Shown here piece after piece: positions 22,731 to 24,236 of a DNA stretch of 24,236 nucleotides (positions are counted from its first letter, which is position 1; each line of letters opens with the position of its first letter). The translations under genes were made by a program, and so were the position numbers. The notes below the pieces were generated by a model. It had not been told where the DNA came from, did no database searches, and saw nothing but the letters and a program-made list of their open reading frames with translations. This DNA comes from Octopus sinensis (taxonomy: Eukaryota), in the NCBI RefSeq assembly GCF_006345805.1, contig NW_021836405.1:1-24236 (forward strand). The letters run 5' to 3'.

Positions 22731-24155
22731 AGTGTTGGCGAATCTCAGGAAGCATGGAAGTTTTGAAGGATGCAGTGCTCCGACAAGTAACAACTGATGC
22801 CGGCAGTTTGTTCCATGCTTGTATGTGTATGGAGGGGAGAAAATCAAGTGTAGTGTTGGCGAATCTCAGAAAGCATGAAAGTTTTGAAGGATGCAGTGCT
22901 CCGACAACTAACAGCTGATGCCGGCAGTTTGTTCCATGCTTGTATGTGTATGGAGGGGAGAAAATCAAGTGTAGTGTTGGCGAATCTCAGGAAGCATGGA
23001 AGTTTTGAAGGATGCAGTGCTCCGACAACTAACAACTGATGCTGGCAGTTTGTTCCATGCATCAGCGTGTGTATGGAGGGGAGAAAATCAGGTGTAGTGT
23101 TGACGAATCTCAGGAAGCATGGAGGTTTTGAAGGATGCAGTGCTCCGACAACTAACAACTGATGCCGGCAGTTTGTTCCGTGCTTGCGTGTGTATGGAGG
23201 GGAGAAAATCAGGTGTAGTGTTGCCGAATCTCAGGAAGCATGGAAGTTTTGAAGGATGCGGTGCTCAGACAAGTAACAACTGATGCCGGCAGGTTGTTAC
23301 ATGCTTGTGTGTGTATGGAGGGGAGAAAATCTGGTGTAGTGTTGGTGAATCTCAGGAAGCATGGAAGTTTTGAAGGATGCAGTGCTCCGACAACTAACAA
23401 CTGATGCCGGCAGTTTGTTCCATGCATCAGCGTGTGTATGGAGGGGAGAAGATCAGGTGTAGTGTTGACGAATCTCAGGAAGCATGGAAGTTTTGAAGGA
23501 TGCAGTGCTCCGACAACTAACAACTAATGCTGGCAGTTTGTTCCATGCTTGCGTGTGTATGGAGGGGAGAAAATCAGGTGTAGTGTTGGCGAATCTCAGG
23601 AAGCATGGACGTTTTGAAGGATGCAGTGCTCCGACAACTAACAACTGATGCCGGCAGTTTGTTCCATGCTTGCGTGTGTATGGAGAGGAGAAAATCAGGT
23701 GTAGTGTTGGCGAATCTCAGGAAGCATGGAAGTTTTGAAGGATGCAGTGCTCAGACAATTAACAACTGATGCCGGCAGTTTGTTCCATGCTTGCGTGTGT
23801 ATGGAGGGGAGAAAATCAGGTGTAGTGTTGCCGAATCTCAGGAAGCATGGAAGTTTTGAAGGATGCAGTGCTCAGACAATTAACAACTGATGCCGGCAGT
23901 TTGTTCCATGCTTGCGTGTGTATGGAGGGGAGAAAATCAGGTGTAGTGTTGGCGAATCTCAGGAAGCATGGACGTTTTGAAGGATGCAGTGCTCCGACAA
24001 CTAACAACTGATACCGGCAGTTTGTTCCATGCTTGCGTGTGTATGGAGGGGAGGATATCAGGTGTAGTGTTGGCGAATCTCAGAAAGCATGGAAGTTTTG
24101 AAGGGTGCAGTGCCCCAACGACTAATAACTGATGCCGGCAGTTTGTTCCATGCTT
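22729..24155. repeat. 121-bp tandem array (11 full units plus 1 partial; two 123-bp variants) derived from a LINE 3' end
   Basis: The marker gtagtgttg starts at 22729, 22850, 22971, 23094, 23215, 23336, 23459, 23580, 23701, 23822, 23943 and 24064. Confidence 0.97.
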
Positions 24156-24200
24156 CAGCAAGTCTCAGCGTGAAAAATTATATCGGAAATGAATAAGAGA
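24064..24200 (-). mobile_element. 3' end of ORF2 of a CR1/L2-like LINE (5'-truncated), the seed of the adjacent tandem array
   Basis: Minus strand reads FFTLRLAEAWNKLPASVISRWGTAPFKTSMLSEIRQHYT*, matching the CR1/L2-group C-terminal motif FF..RV...WN.LP..VV...S...FK. Confidence 0.75.
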
Positions 24201-24236
24201 AAATTAACTTGGTGGATTATTACACATACATAGTAC

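Noticed and set aside
22729-24155. CRISPR-like array
   Set aside because: There are no unique spacers; the whole 121-bp unit is repeated, it derives from a LINE, and the context is eukaryotic
22575-24161. ORFs of 63-123 aa in the tandem array as real genes
   Set aside because: They are overlapping out-of-phase readings of a 121-bp unit (not a multiple of 3) carrying a LINE C-terminus

Overview
AT-rich, microsatellite-dense eukaryotic nuclear DNA. The SINE families and repeat style point to a coleoid cephalopod, most likely Octopus (recognised from memory, not searched). No intact protein-coding gene, rRNA, tRNA or CRISPR array is supported, and most listed ORFs are microsatellite or SINE artefacts. 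Bases 1 to ~22000 form a mosaic of nested, same-orientation segmental duplications: A 1-3065 = 15223-18097; B 5838-9922 = 17843-21985; C 4307-5840 = 12016-13543, with an older ~1.26 kb tandem unit inside C. These blocks carry six partial copies, in two subfamilies, of an unidentified and possibly coding-derived ~1 kb sequence. They also carry degenerate R4/Dong-like LINE pieces in permuted order and three tRNA-derived SINE families. The right end holds an ~11.8-copy 121-bp tandem array built from the ORF2 C-terminus plus the start of the 3'UTR of a CR1/L2-like LINE. Each unit contains a 10-bp inverted repeat, and the array shows 3-mer higher-order structure. Coordinates were read by eye and are approximate to a few bases.
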